52,876 bases of DNA. Origin: Candidatus Krumholzibacteriota bacterium. Lineage in GTDB: Bacteria; Krumholzibacteriota; Krumholzibacteriia; LZORAL124-64-63. The notes below the pieces were generated by a model. The model did not search any database and was not told the origin of the DNA. It worked only from the letters and a program-made list of their open reading frames with translations. The stretch is taken from the NCBI GenBank assembly GCA_039714075.1, contig JBDLKA010000013.1, positions 1-52,876 of the forward strand, given 5' to 3'. This document shows, in pieces, positions 41,617 through 50,465 of this stretch (the first letter of the stretch is position 1; every line of letters starts with the position of its first letter). The translations under genes were made by a program, and so were the position numbers.

Positions 41617-42525
41617 CTACAAGTCTCCAAAGGGGTTCTTGATGATGAAGTTGGCCATGAACACGAAGGTCGATTCGCTCCCGATGCTGTCCGGCGAAAT
41701 GAGGGAGTACTGGTATTCGGCCATCAGCATCACCGGCATGGGGCCGATTTTTATCATCTTGCCGACACCCAGCCCGATCGGGAAAGTCAGTTTTTCGCCA
41801 CTGCCCGCTTTCCAGTCGATCCGAACGTGAGGACTGGCGCGAAGCTGCCACGAATCTGGCAGGTGATGCACGGCGAAGTACTGGATGTCCGTGTGATTGA
41901 TGTCTCTGGCGTGGGCGGCGGCGATCAGCGGATCGTCATCCGACTTGCCGTCGTTGCCGATGCCCCACCAATGCTGCAGATGCGCACCGAACATCCAATT
42001 CTCGTTGGCCCACAGACCAAGGGCCGTCGGTCCGGCCTGGTACTGATGCGAACCCAGCAGGTCGTTCTGGGAAGTAGGCAGAATGAACGTCAGGCCCGCG
42101 CCATAGGACCAGCCCAGCATCTGGACCTTTCCGAAACCCACCGGCAGGATTGTATCGCCGAATTCGGTGGTGCGGTCGGTGCCGTGGCCGATGGGATCGG
42201 TCGGCGTGCCGCCGCTGATCATGCCGCTGGACGGGCCGTTGATCAGGGTTACGACGGGACGGGCGAAAAAGGTATACGTGTCGCCCGCCGGAATGGGCAG
42301 AACCGGCTGGAACAGTGTGGTGTTGACGCGATCATCTCCGTCCAGGAGATCACCCGAAACAAGGGTGCGATTGTGCTGAAAGGAAAGATTCCAGATCTGC
42401 GCCAGTGGATTGGCGATCTCCTTGCTCAGCTCTTCCATGGTTTTGTCCGCTGCTTCTTCGGCAATAGCACCGGCCGGCCCCAACCCCACAACCGTCAGGA
42501 CCAGAATTGCAATCATCATCTTCAT
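41617..42525 (-). CDS. Outer-membrane beta-barrel protein (so-called neuromedin U / MetA-pathway-like family)
   Basis: Signal peptide; ELSKEIANPLA, FQPVLP, FILPT..LLG....AGPT, FPIGLGVGK. Confidence 0.7.
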   Translation of the reverse strand: MKMMIAILVLTVVGLGPAGAIAEEAADKTMEELSKEIANPLAQIWNLSFQHNRTLVSGDLLDGDDRVNTTLFQPVLPIPAGDTYTFFARPVVTLINGPSSGMISGGTPTDPIGHGTDRTTEFGDTILPVGFGKVQMLGWSYGAGLTFILPTSQNDLLGSHQYQAGPTALGLWANENWMFGAHLQHWWGIGNDGKSDDDPLIAAAHARDINHTDIQYFAVHHLPDSWQLRASPHVRIDWKAGSGEKLTFPIGLGVGKMIKIGPMPVMLMAEYQYSLISPDSIGSESTFVFMANFIIKNPFGDL

Positions 42526-42697
42526 TTGGTTGGCCTCCCCGCGAGCCTTCGCATGATTTTGAATAATTCAGGACAATTTCGGCCAGATTAGATTCTTTTG
42601 CTTTTCCGGTCCACCCTATTTGCAATAAATCGCAACGTCGGACCTGAATTGGCGTATCATTCCCCATCGCCAACCCCAACCCAATCACGGAGCCGTC

Positions 42698-43489
42698 ATG
42701 AATAGGGTCCAACGCCATGTCTCGGTCATCCTGCTCATCCTTTGCACCGCCTTTCCGGCCCAAGCGGTCCGGTCTCCTTCCGAAACGAATCTCGAGGAGA
42801 TCAATCACCACCAGGCCGGCGCCGCGGCGGCCCTGCTCATGGGCGATCATACCTTATTGGAACAGGGTAGAATCGCCGTATCGGGCCATGTCCATGTAAG
42901 CGGATGGGGCGCCGACGGCTTCTATGGCGCCTGGGGCCTTTCCGCCCAGAAGAATTTGAGTGAAAAATTCGGCCTGGGCCTGGCCTACGGCTACACCGAC
43001 GCCCAGCTGCACACACGGGCCTGGGTGCTCGATGTCCAGTACTCTCCCTTGTCCGGACCCACCCCCTGGTTGCATTTGCAGGCCGCTGTCGGCCACCAGG
43101 CCCTGGTTTCATCCGAATCGGAAAACGTGATGATCTTCGAGTTCGACAACCCTTGGCCCATTCGAGACGGCAACCCCGAAATCCTGCTGGACGACATGAC
43201 CTGGACCCACGGGTATCTGAACGCACTGGTCAATGTCCCGGTCTGGAAATTTCGGCCGCAGGCCAGCCTGGGATACGTCCACAGCCACTATTCGTGGTCG
43301 GGTTGGGAAATGGTCGTCAGCGGGCAGGAGATCGTGAAAGGGCCCGCCCTGGAAGATTCGGACGATATCGGCACCTGGACCGGATCACTGGGTTTGGGTT
43401 TGGACCTGGGACCGGTCAGACCGTACGCGGGTATTGGGGCTTTCTCGGGCAGCGGGCTGTTTCTGGCCCGGATGACCGTTGTTTTCTGA
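42698..43489 (+). CDS. Secreted hypothetical protein, probable small outer-membrane beta-barrel
   Basis: Signal peptide (AQA), alternating amphipathic strands, C-terminal ..RMTVVF. Confidence 0.6.
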   Translation: MNRVQRHVSVILLILCTAFPAQAVRSPSETNLEEINHHQAGAAAALLMGDHTLLEQGRIAVSGHVHVSGWGADGFYGAWGLSAQKNLSEKFGLGLAYGYTDAQLHTRAWVLDVQYSPLSGPTPWLHLQAAVGHQALVSSESENVMIFEFDNPWPIRDGNPEILLDDMTWTHGYLNALVNVPVWKFRPQASLGYVHSHYSWSGWEMVVSGQEIVKGPALEDSDDIGTWTGSLGLGLDLGPVRPYAGIGAFSGSGLFLARMTVVF

Positions 43490-43548
43490 GAGTCTCGTGA
43501 GTTGAATAAGGAAGGGAAATCAGTTACCCGAAATTTTCAAGCCCCGAG

Positions 43549-43863
43549 TCAGCTGAAACCCAAAGCGAATCGCACCGCCGGTCCGACTTCAGCCATTTTT
43601 TCGGCCGACAAGGTCGTAATTATCGAACCGATCCTTCCCTTGGACACCGTTTGCAGGTGATCGCAATTGACCGCACAATCCGTGGGTACGCCATCCAATT
43701 CCGTCAAAACCACTTCCGTCGGAATGGAGCGGATGGTTCTGGTCACCGGAGCAATAGTCACTTCGTTGAGGTACTCGATGATGGTATCCCTGGTCAAAAT
43801 CAACACGGGCCGCTTTTTATCCGGTTGTTGAAATCTGTACCAGCGAATTTCGCCTCGTATCAT
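43549..43863 (-). CDS. Type II toxin, PemK/MazF family endoribonuclease
   Basis: MIRGEIRW..PDKKRPVLILT..VTIAPVT..PTEV..NCDHLQTVSK. Confidence 0.92.
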   Translation of the reverse strand: MIRGEIRWYRFQQPDKKRPVLILTRDTIIEYLNEVTIAPVTRTIRSIPTEVVLTELDGVPTDCAVNCDHLQTVSKGRIGSIITTLSAEKMAEVGPAVRFALGFS

Positions 43864-44093
43864 TCTTCACCCCACACCTGTTCGGTTTCCCAATCTCCGA
43901 ATTCTTCGGAAACCCGTGGGTGATTTTCATAACCAAGGCGGTGTTGCTTTTCCTGCAGCTGCCGATGGTGTTTGGCGAGGGCATCCCTCAGTGCCTGCCG
44001 TGTAAATGCGGAGCGGTTTGTTTGCAGCTCTTCGGAGACACGGTCCACCGCAGCAACGAGATCATCGTCGAGTGTCATTTGGATTGTTCTCAT
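43860..44093 (-). CDS. Ribbon-helix-helix (CopG-like) antitoxin
   Basis: MRTIQMTLDDDLVAAVD...NRSAFTRQAL; ATGA overlap with the toxin gene. Confidence 0.88.
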   Translation of the reverse strand: MRTIQMTLDDDLVAAVDRVSEELQTNRSAFTRQALRDALAKHHRQLQEKQHRLGYENHPRVSEEFGDWETEQVWGEE

Positions 44094-44140
44094 AGTTACT
44101 CGATTCCATGGTCAGGGTTGTGGGATCCGACCCTTCGCTT

Positions 44141-44187
44141 ATGTGTATAATTATAGCTATAATAATACACATTCAGGTGGGTATCAA
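44141..44187 (-). promoter_or_regulatory. Toxin-antitoxin promoter with long palindromic operator
   Basis: TTGATA (44187-44182), 17 bp, TATTAT (44164-44159); near-perfect 32-bp palindrome at 44141-44172. Confidence 0.75.
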
Positions 44188-44312
44188 CAGGGATTACAGG
44201 CCAAACACAAATTCAGAGGCACAACCAGACAAGAAAATTAGGTGGAAATGGGTGCACGGAATATAGTATAGTTTTTTGATAGGATATATTCATCAAATAA
44301 GGGGAGTTGATT

Positions 44313-46034
44313 GTGACCACGCATAAGACATTTTGTTTAGTCATCGGAATCGCCATCACCGTTCTCTTCGCCCCCACAGCAATGGCCGCCTGGCCCACCG
44401 GTGAAACGACCATCGCCACCAACACCAGCCAGTATCTGCAGGCGGGCGTCATTGATGATGAAACCGGAGGCGCCATCCTCACCTGGTTCAGCTCCAACAT
44501 CCTTATGGCCCAGCGCTTTGCTCCCGACGGGACCATGCTTTGGACTGCGGGAGGGGCCGACGTGGGCGACCTCACCAACGCCTGGCTGTACGGCAGATCA
44601 GTGGTCGCCGACGGGAGCGGCGGATTCATCTACGCCTTTCGGCGGGACAACGACATCTACGCCCAGCATGTGGACAGCACCGGCGCTGCCGACTGGGATC
44701 ATTTGGGGTACGGGTTCCCCAATCCCGTGCCGGTGTGCACCAATCCCGCCAATCAGTATCACCAGAGTATGGACACCGACGGCGCCGGGGGCGTCATCAT
44801 CGCCTGGACGGACTACCGTGACGGCAACATGATCATCCATGCCCAGCATATCGATGCGACCGGCACGCCGCAGTGGACCCTGGACGGGGTTCCCCTCGGC
44901 ACGACGGCACTCAGCCACATCTATCCCCTTGTTCTTGCCGACGGTTACGGCGGGGCGTTCGTCTCCTGTAATGCCTATGTCTCCGGGGGATGGTCGTACG
45001 TCTATTGCCAGCATGTCGATGCGACGGGCACCACCACGTGGGGTCCGGACGGCATCCAGGTTTCCGAGACCCATGCCGGTTCCATTCCGACCGCCACTAA
45101 CGATCACAACTGGAATCTGCTGAGCGACGGGGCCGGTGGCATCCTCTCGACCTGGCGGCACACCCCCTACACGAATCAGGTTTCCATCCAGGCGAGTCGT
45201 CTCACCGCGGCCGGCGCCAGGGTCTGGGCCGACTCGGTCGTGGCCCTGACGCCCGCGTTGCCGAGTGAGATAATCGCGGGCTCGACCACGTCCGCGGCAA
45301 CCGGGGACGGAGGCCTGGTCTCGGGCTGGTCCGAGCCGCGGAACTTCGCCGTGTCCGGTTACGATCTCTTCATCAACCGCCTGGACGGCGCCGGGAATCT
45401 GGTGTGGTCCGCCTCGACGGCCGGAATCCCCCTCTGCACCGAGACCAACAACCAGAACACCCTGGCCCTGTCCGTGGACCCCGCGGGCGTGACTTGGGCG
45501 ACGTGGAAGGACGGTCGTTCCGGTAGCTGGCAACTCTACAGTCAGCATATCGACGCCGGCGGCACGGCTCTGGGCGCGGTGGACGGCGATGCGTTCGACC
45601 TGAATCGCGATCCTGTCACCAGCGGCCCCGTCCAGGTTTCCGGCGGGGTGTTCGTGGCCTATTCCGACAAGCGTAACCCGGCTCCCGACATCACCACCAA
45701 CCTCTACGCCAAGGTTCTTGGGGGCCCGGTTTCCGCCGTGGGGCCGGTCTTTGCCTCGGACCTGACCTTGTCTCCCAACTGGCCCAATCCCTTCAGTTCC
45801 GAGACCAGGATCGGCTATGCCACCGGTCGGCCGGGTTTCATCGACCTGTCGGTCTACGATTTAAGGGGGCGCCGGGTCCGAACCCTGTTCGGCGATGCGG
45901 TCGATTCCGGGGACCACGTTGCCAGGTGGGACGGCCGGGACAGGCAGGGCAATCCCTTGGCGGCCGGGGTGTACTTCGTGCGGTTGCGGTCCGGCGGCGA
46001 GATTGTTTCGCGGCGCATGACGCTTCTTCGCTGA
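44313..46034 (+). CDS. Secreted repeat (probable beta-propeller) protein with C-terminal FlgD-Ig/T9SS-like domain
   Basis: Signal peptide (AMA); repeats DG.GG.II.W.D.R...IYAQHVD..G...W; C-terminal PNPFS..T.I...YDLRGRRVRTL...WDGRD..G..LAAGVYFVRL; GTG 44313 behind GGGGAG (track start 44307). Confidence 0.82.
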   Translation: MTTHKTFCLVIGIAITVLFAPTAMAAWPTGETTIATNTSQYLQAGVIDDETGGAILTWFSSNILMAQRFAPDGTMLWTAGGADVGDLTNAWLYGRSVVADGSGGFIYAFRRDNDIYAQHVDSTGAADWDHLGYGFPNPVPVCTNPANQYHQSMDTDGAGGVIIAWTDYRDGNMIIHAQHIDATGTPQWTLDGVPLGTTALSHIYPLVLADGYGGAFVSCNAYVSGGWSYVYCQHVDATGTTTWGPDGIQVSETHAGSIPTATNDHNWNLLSDGAGGILSTWRHTPYTNQVSIQASRLTAAGARVWADSVVALTPALPSEIIAGSTTSAATGDGGLVSGWSEPRNFAVSGYDLFINRLDGAGNLVWSASTAGIPLCTETNNQNTLALSVDPAGVTWATWKDGRSGSWQLYSQHIDAGGTALGAVDGDAFDLNRDPVTSGPVQVSGGVFVAYSDKRNPAPDITTNLYAKVLGGPVSAVGPVFASDLTLSPNWPNPFSSETRIGYATGRPGFIDLSVYDLRGRRVRTLFGDAVDSGDHVARWDGRDRQGNPLAAGVYFVRLRSGGEIVSRRMTLLR

Positions 46035-46141
46035 AATGTAATCTAAAAGGTCTCAAACCAGACTCAAGTCTATTGATAGAACTCACTTCCCCACGAATAG
46101 GATAATTGTGCCCACCACCCATTAAGGTTGTTTTTATAACT

Positions 46142-46180
46142 ATTGACATTTCGTTTGTTGTACTTTAAACTATTGTCAAT
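46142..46180 (+). promoter_or_regulatory. marR promoter bracketed by an inverted repeat
   Basis: TTGACA (46143-46148), 17 bp, TAAACT (46166-46171); ATTGACA...TGTCAAT inverted repeat. Confidence 0.7.
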
Positions 46181-46197
46181 CAAACAAAGGAGTCGCC

Positions 46198-46683
46198 ATG
46201 TCCGCCCCCAATGACATTCCGCTCACTTTCGAAAACGTGCCCCACGAGGCTCTCATGAACATCCTGTGGACCGGCACCCTGCTCAAGCGCACCGCGCGCA
46301 CCTTCTTCAGGGAAGCGCCGTTGACCGAGGCCGAATTCAATCTGCTGATGGTTTTGCACCACAGCTCTGATTCCCTGAGCCAAAAGGACCTGAGCGAGCG
46401 CCTGCTGGTGGACAAATCCAACATAACCGGGCTTATCGACAGGCTGCAGAAATCCGGCTACATCATGCGCAACCCCGTGCCGAACGACCGGCGGCGGTAC
46501 GACATCACCTTGACGGAGGCGGGCCGCAAGCTGATAACGCGAGCAGATCCTGTCTATCATCGGCTGGTGGACCAGGTCATGGACGGCCTGAGCGAACGTG
46601 AATGCCGTACCCTGGTCAGCCTGACCCGCAAGGTTCGCCAGGGGCTGCGTGCGTCGAATCTCGTCTACCCCGAGGGAGGTTGA
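46198..46683 (+). CDS. MarR family transcriptional regulator
   Basis: LTEAEFNLL, LSQKDLSERLLVDKSNITGLIDRLQKSGYI, DRR..LTEAG; RBS AAGGAG. Confidence 0.92.
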   Translation: MSAPNDIPLTFENVPHEALMNILWTGTLLKRTARTFFREAPLTEAEFNLLMVLHHSSDSLSQKDLSERLLVDKSNITGLIDRLQKSGYIMRNPVPNDRRRYDITLTEAGRKLITRADPVYHRLVDQVMDGLSERECRTLVSLTRKVRQGLRASNLVYPEGG

Positions 46684-46687
46684 AGTC

Positions 46688-48967
46688 ATGGAAGTGTTGT
46701 ACATCCTGTTTGGTTTGTTGTTTTTCGTGACTGGTCCGATAGGCCTGATCGTCGCCATCATCGCTTTCCGCCGGGCGGGTCGCCTGCAACGGGAGTTGTT
46801 CACGTTGCGGACCTCGATGGCAGCGGATTCTCCCGCTGAATCGACGGCAACGGCCATGGCCAAACCGGCACCGGCCCAACAACCGGCACCGGCACCTCCG
46901 CGTGCCGAACCTGGCGCGCCTCCGGCTCCGCCCAGACCGGCTCCCGGTGCTGCAAAAACCGGCACTCCTCGCAAGGTCCGCGATCTCGAAGCGGTGCTTG
47001 GCGGTCAATGGCTGACCTGGGCGGGCATTCTGGCCCTGTTCTTCGGTTCGGCGTTTTTTCTGGGGGTCGACCTCGGGGACAACGTTCTGTCGGGGTGGCC
47101 CCAGATCGGTATCGGCGCCCTGGTGGCCGTCGCCTTTCATCTGGTCGGTCGGCGCCTGTGCCTGCGCCGCGAAAAACTGTTGGGCCTGGGTCTGTTGGGC
47201 GGTGGTGTGGCGCTGGCATTCCTGGTGATCTTCGCTGCCTACGGCTTCCATCATCTGGTGCCCCTGGTGGTGACCTTGCCTCTGCTGTTGGTGGTCGCCA
47301 CGCTGGGCGCCCTGGTGGCCTTGCGGCACGATTCGTTGACGATCGCCTCGTTGACCCTGATTGGCGCAGTGGTTACCCCTGTGATTCTGGTAAATCTTGC
47401 GGGTGAAGCGGCAGCTTATGACAGCCTCCTGCCGTATCTGATCGGGGTCAACCTGGGCGCGGTTCTGGCCGGTCTGCGGCGACGCTGGGCAGGTTTGCCT
47501 CTGGCTGCATTTGTCGCCACCGTGGTCCTGGTCGCCGGATGGTGGGATGCCCATCCCCGTTACGACATCTGGGTGTTTCTGTCGGTGACCGGCTCCTGGC
47601 TGGTGCATGCGACGGCTCCCTGGTTGCAGAAAGAGAGACAGCGGGTCTGGAGCTACGCACGAGCCGCGGTTCTGACGGCCAATGGTCTGTTCTTTGCGCT
47701 ATTCTGCCACGCCCAGTTGGCAGCCGGAGGACCGGGCGCCCGAGGCGGCGCGATCTTCACCCTGGCCGTCATCTATGTCGGTCTGAGCATGGTGATGAAA
47801 CGCCGACGCGGCGAAGATCCGGCCACTCGCCTGGCATACACGACCGGGGCCGCCCTGGCCGCAATTGCGGTACCGGTGGTGCTCGACCTGGTTTGGGTCA
47901 CCGTGGGATGGACGGCGCTGGCAGCCATCCTGTTGCTGGCGGGGCTGCGTGAGCGTGACCTGTGGCAACGCGCCACCGGCCTGGCGATTTTGGCGATCGG
48001 ACTGCTGCGGGTTGCCTTCGTCGATGCGCCGTTGGCGGCAAGCAGAAACATCCCGTTTTCACCCTTGATCAACGGTGAGTTCCTGGCCGGTGTGGCAACT
48101 CTCGCCCTGATCGGGTGGACCTTCTGGGCCTACTACCGTTATGCCGACCGTCTGGTTGCGGCCGAACTGAAGGCGCGCCCGGTGCTCTTGTTGACGGCGG
48201 TGGTGACTCTCCTGTGGCGTCTGTCATTGGAAGTTGCGGCGTTCTGTCGGTGGGGCGCCGGGGATTCGCCCTATGAGACCGAACCGGCCGTCTGGTTGTG
48301 GGTGTTGCTGTTGTGGACGGTATATGGTCTGGCGGTGATCCTGTCCGGCCTGCGCGCCCGATATGTGCTGTTACGCCGCACCGGATATCTGATTCTCGCC
48401 CTGGCCGTTCTCTGTACGCTGAATTTTGTGACCACCATCGATGCGTTCCGGGAACTATCCTACCTGCCGGTTCTGAATCTGCCTCTTCTGCAAGGAGTGG
48501 CGTTGACGGCGGCTCTCGGCATGTTGGCCTGGCGATTGCGAAAGGACGCCGGGTCGCTGCCGGCCGGCGAAGCGGGTTTGAGGACACCGGTCATGCTGCT
48601 GGCCATCATTCTGCTATTGATCAAAATCTCGGTGGAAGTGGTGGCGTACTTCAAGTATGGCGGCCTGACACCGGCGCCGAATCTTGTTTTCAAGAGTCAG
48701 CTCAGTCTGTCGGTCGTGTGGGGACTTTATGCGGGCGTAGTCATCTGGGCAGGGTTTGCACGCCGCTTCAAACCCGTTCGGCTGCTGGGAATGACTATGC
48801 TGGGAATAACGGTGCTCAAGGTCTTTCTGTTGGACATGCAGTCGTTGGACCGCGGTTACCGGATTGTCGCCTTCCTGGCCCTTGGCGTGCTCTTGTTGAT
48901 TGTCTCGCTGTTGTATCAGCGGGAGCGTCGCGCAGGGGAAGCTCAGGTTATTGAAAAAAAACCTTAA
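46688..48967 (+). CDS. DUF2339 family multi-pass membrane protein
   Basis: ATG 46688 behind GGAGG; P/A-rich linker, LEAVLGGQWL, many TMs, C-terminal KVFLLDM..L...YRIVAF..LG.LLL.VS.LYQR. Confidence 0.85.
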   Translation: MEVLYILFGLLFFVTGPIGLIVAIIAFRRAGRLQRELFTLRTSMAADSPAESTATAMAKPAPAQQPAPAPPRAEPGAPPAPPRPAPGAAKTGTPRKVRDLEAVLGGQWLTWAGILALFFGSAFFLGVDLGDNVLSGWPQIGIGALVAVAFHLVGRRLCLRREKLLGLGLLGGGVALAFLVIFAAYGFHHLVPLVVTLPLLLVVATLGALVALRHDSLTIASLTLIGAVVTPVILVNLAGEAAAYDSLLPYLIGVNLGAVLAGLRRRWAGLPLAAFVATVVLVAGWWDAHPRYDIWVFLSVTGSWLVHATAPWLQKERQRVWSYARAAVLTANGLFFALFCHAQLAAGGPGARGGAIFTLAVIYVGLSMVMKRRRGEDPATRLAYTTGAALAAIAVPVVLDLVWVTVGWTALAAILLLAGLRERDLWQRATGLAILAIGLLRVAFVDAPLAASRNIPFSPLINGEFLAGVATLALIGWTFWAYYRYADRLVAAELKARPVLLLTAVVTLLWRLSLEVAAFCRWGAGDSPYETEPAVWLWVLLLWTVYGLAVILSGLRARYVLLRRTGYLILALAVLCTLNFVTTIDAFRELSYLPVLNLPLLQGVALTAALGMLAWRLRKDAGSLPAGEAGLRTPVMLLAIILLLIKISVEVVAYFKYGGLTPAPNLVFKSQLSLSVVWGLYAGVVIWAGFARRFKPVRLLGMTMLGITVLKVFLLDMQSLDRGYRIVAFLALGVLLLIVSLLYQRERRAGEAQVIEKKP

Positions 48968-49024
48968 AACATGTAGATTCATTGGGCAAAAACAGGGGCA
49001 TGACAATGATGATCAAAGGGGATT

Positions 49025-49510
49025 ATGATGAAAACCACCACTAGGATCTTTTTGTTTTTCCCATTGTTCCTGGCCGTGTCTGCAATACCTGCTTGGGCCG
49101 ATTCCCCTATTCTGACGGTCTGGGCCAATCCCGGTTACGGCACCTGGGTCTTTGACGGATCAGACCCCACACCAGTGGTCATCAGCTTCCCTGCCGGCGA
49201 CCCACTCGGCATCGGATTCAGTTGGCTGGGCAATGCCGACCCATACGGTGGAACCATAGCCGGATACCGGTTTGGATGGGACATTATGGACCCAGGCGAC
49301 CCCAACGATCCGGGATGGGCGAGTGCAGATTTTGGCCCGTGGGAGTTTACGGCGCAAAAGGTATTCAGTGACGGCTTGCATAGCTTCACGTTGGTCGTTA
49401 AGGATACTGCCGGTGCTACAACGATGGCTTCATTTATCATTGATGTGCAGGACCCTGTTGGCACAATTTCGGTTTCCTGGGGGCAACTGAAAGCCGGGTT
49501 TTGGAAATGA
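49025..49510 (+). CDS. Small secreted protein with C-terminal SWGQLKAGF motif
   Basis: Signal peptide (AWA-D), Ig/Y_Y_Y-like body (GYRFGWD, GLHSFTL), C-terminal PVGTISVSWGQLKAGFWK. Confidence 0.7.
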   Translation: MMKTTTRIFLFFPLFLAVSAIPAWADSPILTVWANPGYGTWVFDGSDPTPVVISFPAGDPLGIGFSWLGNADPYGGTIAGYRFGWDIMDPGDPNDPGWASADFGPWEFTAQKVFSDGLHSFTLVVKDTAGATTMASFIIDVQDPVGTISVSWGQLKAGFWK

Positions 49511-49594
49511 TGGATTAACGCCGGCTTCAAAACGATTCACTGCATAATTTGAGACTTGGTCGAACACCTGCCCTCGGTTTAAGGAGGTCCGGAC

Positions 49595-50221
49595 CTACCG
49601 GCAGGCCGAACCTATGTTCTGGGCCATGAATGGCAGGTCCGACAGATTGACCAGGCCGTCCGCGTTGAAATCGCTGCGGTAATCGTAACTGCCGAAAAAA
49701 TCACCGGCAAACAGCTGGACATCGGCAAGGTCGACCTTCAAATCGCCGGTGATGTCCGGACTGTTGAAGTAGACGCCTTCCAGCAATTCGAGATGCTGAT
49801 TGGGACAAAACCCCATCATCGCCAACAACAGATGGGTCGCCTCGCCGGGTTCGCGGTGGCCGCCGCCCTGGATTTCCGGGGTCCAGGTCACCCAGCCCTC
49901 TGAATCACTGGACAAGACGACCTCGTTGATTCCGCAGATGACTTCCGGTCCATAGAGCAATTCCACATGCACGTAAGGGAAGGGCGGGTCGCTGGTCCAA
50001 CTCTCGACGCGGAAGTGCAGCACCGGGTTGATCTCCTGTCCGGAGGACAAATACGAAAATATCCGAACCTCACCGTCCGGCAGCACGCAGAACGATATAG
50101 GCCCAGGGGGATCCCAACTGTAGTCCTGGATCATCTCGATCGTTGGAACGCAGGCCTGAATGGGGCTGAAGAATCCCGCGGCCGAAACCATCAAAATTGC
50201 GAGGGTCATCAATATCTTCAT
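49595..50221 (-). CDS. Secreted protein with C-terminal dockerin/EF-hand-like pair
   Basis: Signal peptide; SPDITGDLKVDLADV and SDFNADGLVNLSDL Ca-binding repeats. Confidence 0.7.
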   Translation of the reverse strand: MKILMTLAILMVSAAGFFSPIQACVPTIEMIQDYSWDPPGPISFCVLPDGEVRIFSYLSSGQEINPVLHFRVESWTSDPPFPYVHVELLYGPEVICGINEVVLSSDSEGWVTWTPEIQGGGHREPGEATHLLLAMMGFCPNQHLELLEGVYFNSPDITGDLKVDLADVQLFAGDFFGSYDYRSDFNADGLVNLSDLPFMAQNIGSACR

Positions 50222-50465
50222 GATCAGTCATCCGGTTCCCAGGGGTCTTGAAAACGAAACGACTTCGAAATTGGGGATTACATTGAGTATAGCAAATCAA
50301 TTGCCTGCGGGCAATTCAGACAATTTGACAGCTCAAAATCAATGTTGATATAATCAACTCTTCCTTTGGGATTGGTGGGTGGCATTTCGTCGTCGTGGTG
50401 CAATGATTCATTGCTCCAGCACCCCTGATCATCAGAACCCTGCTCGACAACATCGGAGTTTTGAC

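Noticed and set aside
46056..49555. 8-bp inverted pair GTCTCAAA / TTTGAGAC flanking marR-DUF2339-WGxxK gene
   Set aside because: Length compatible with chance; no transposase or target-site duplication seen.
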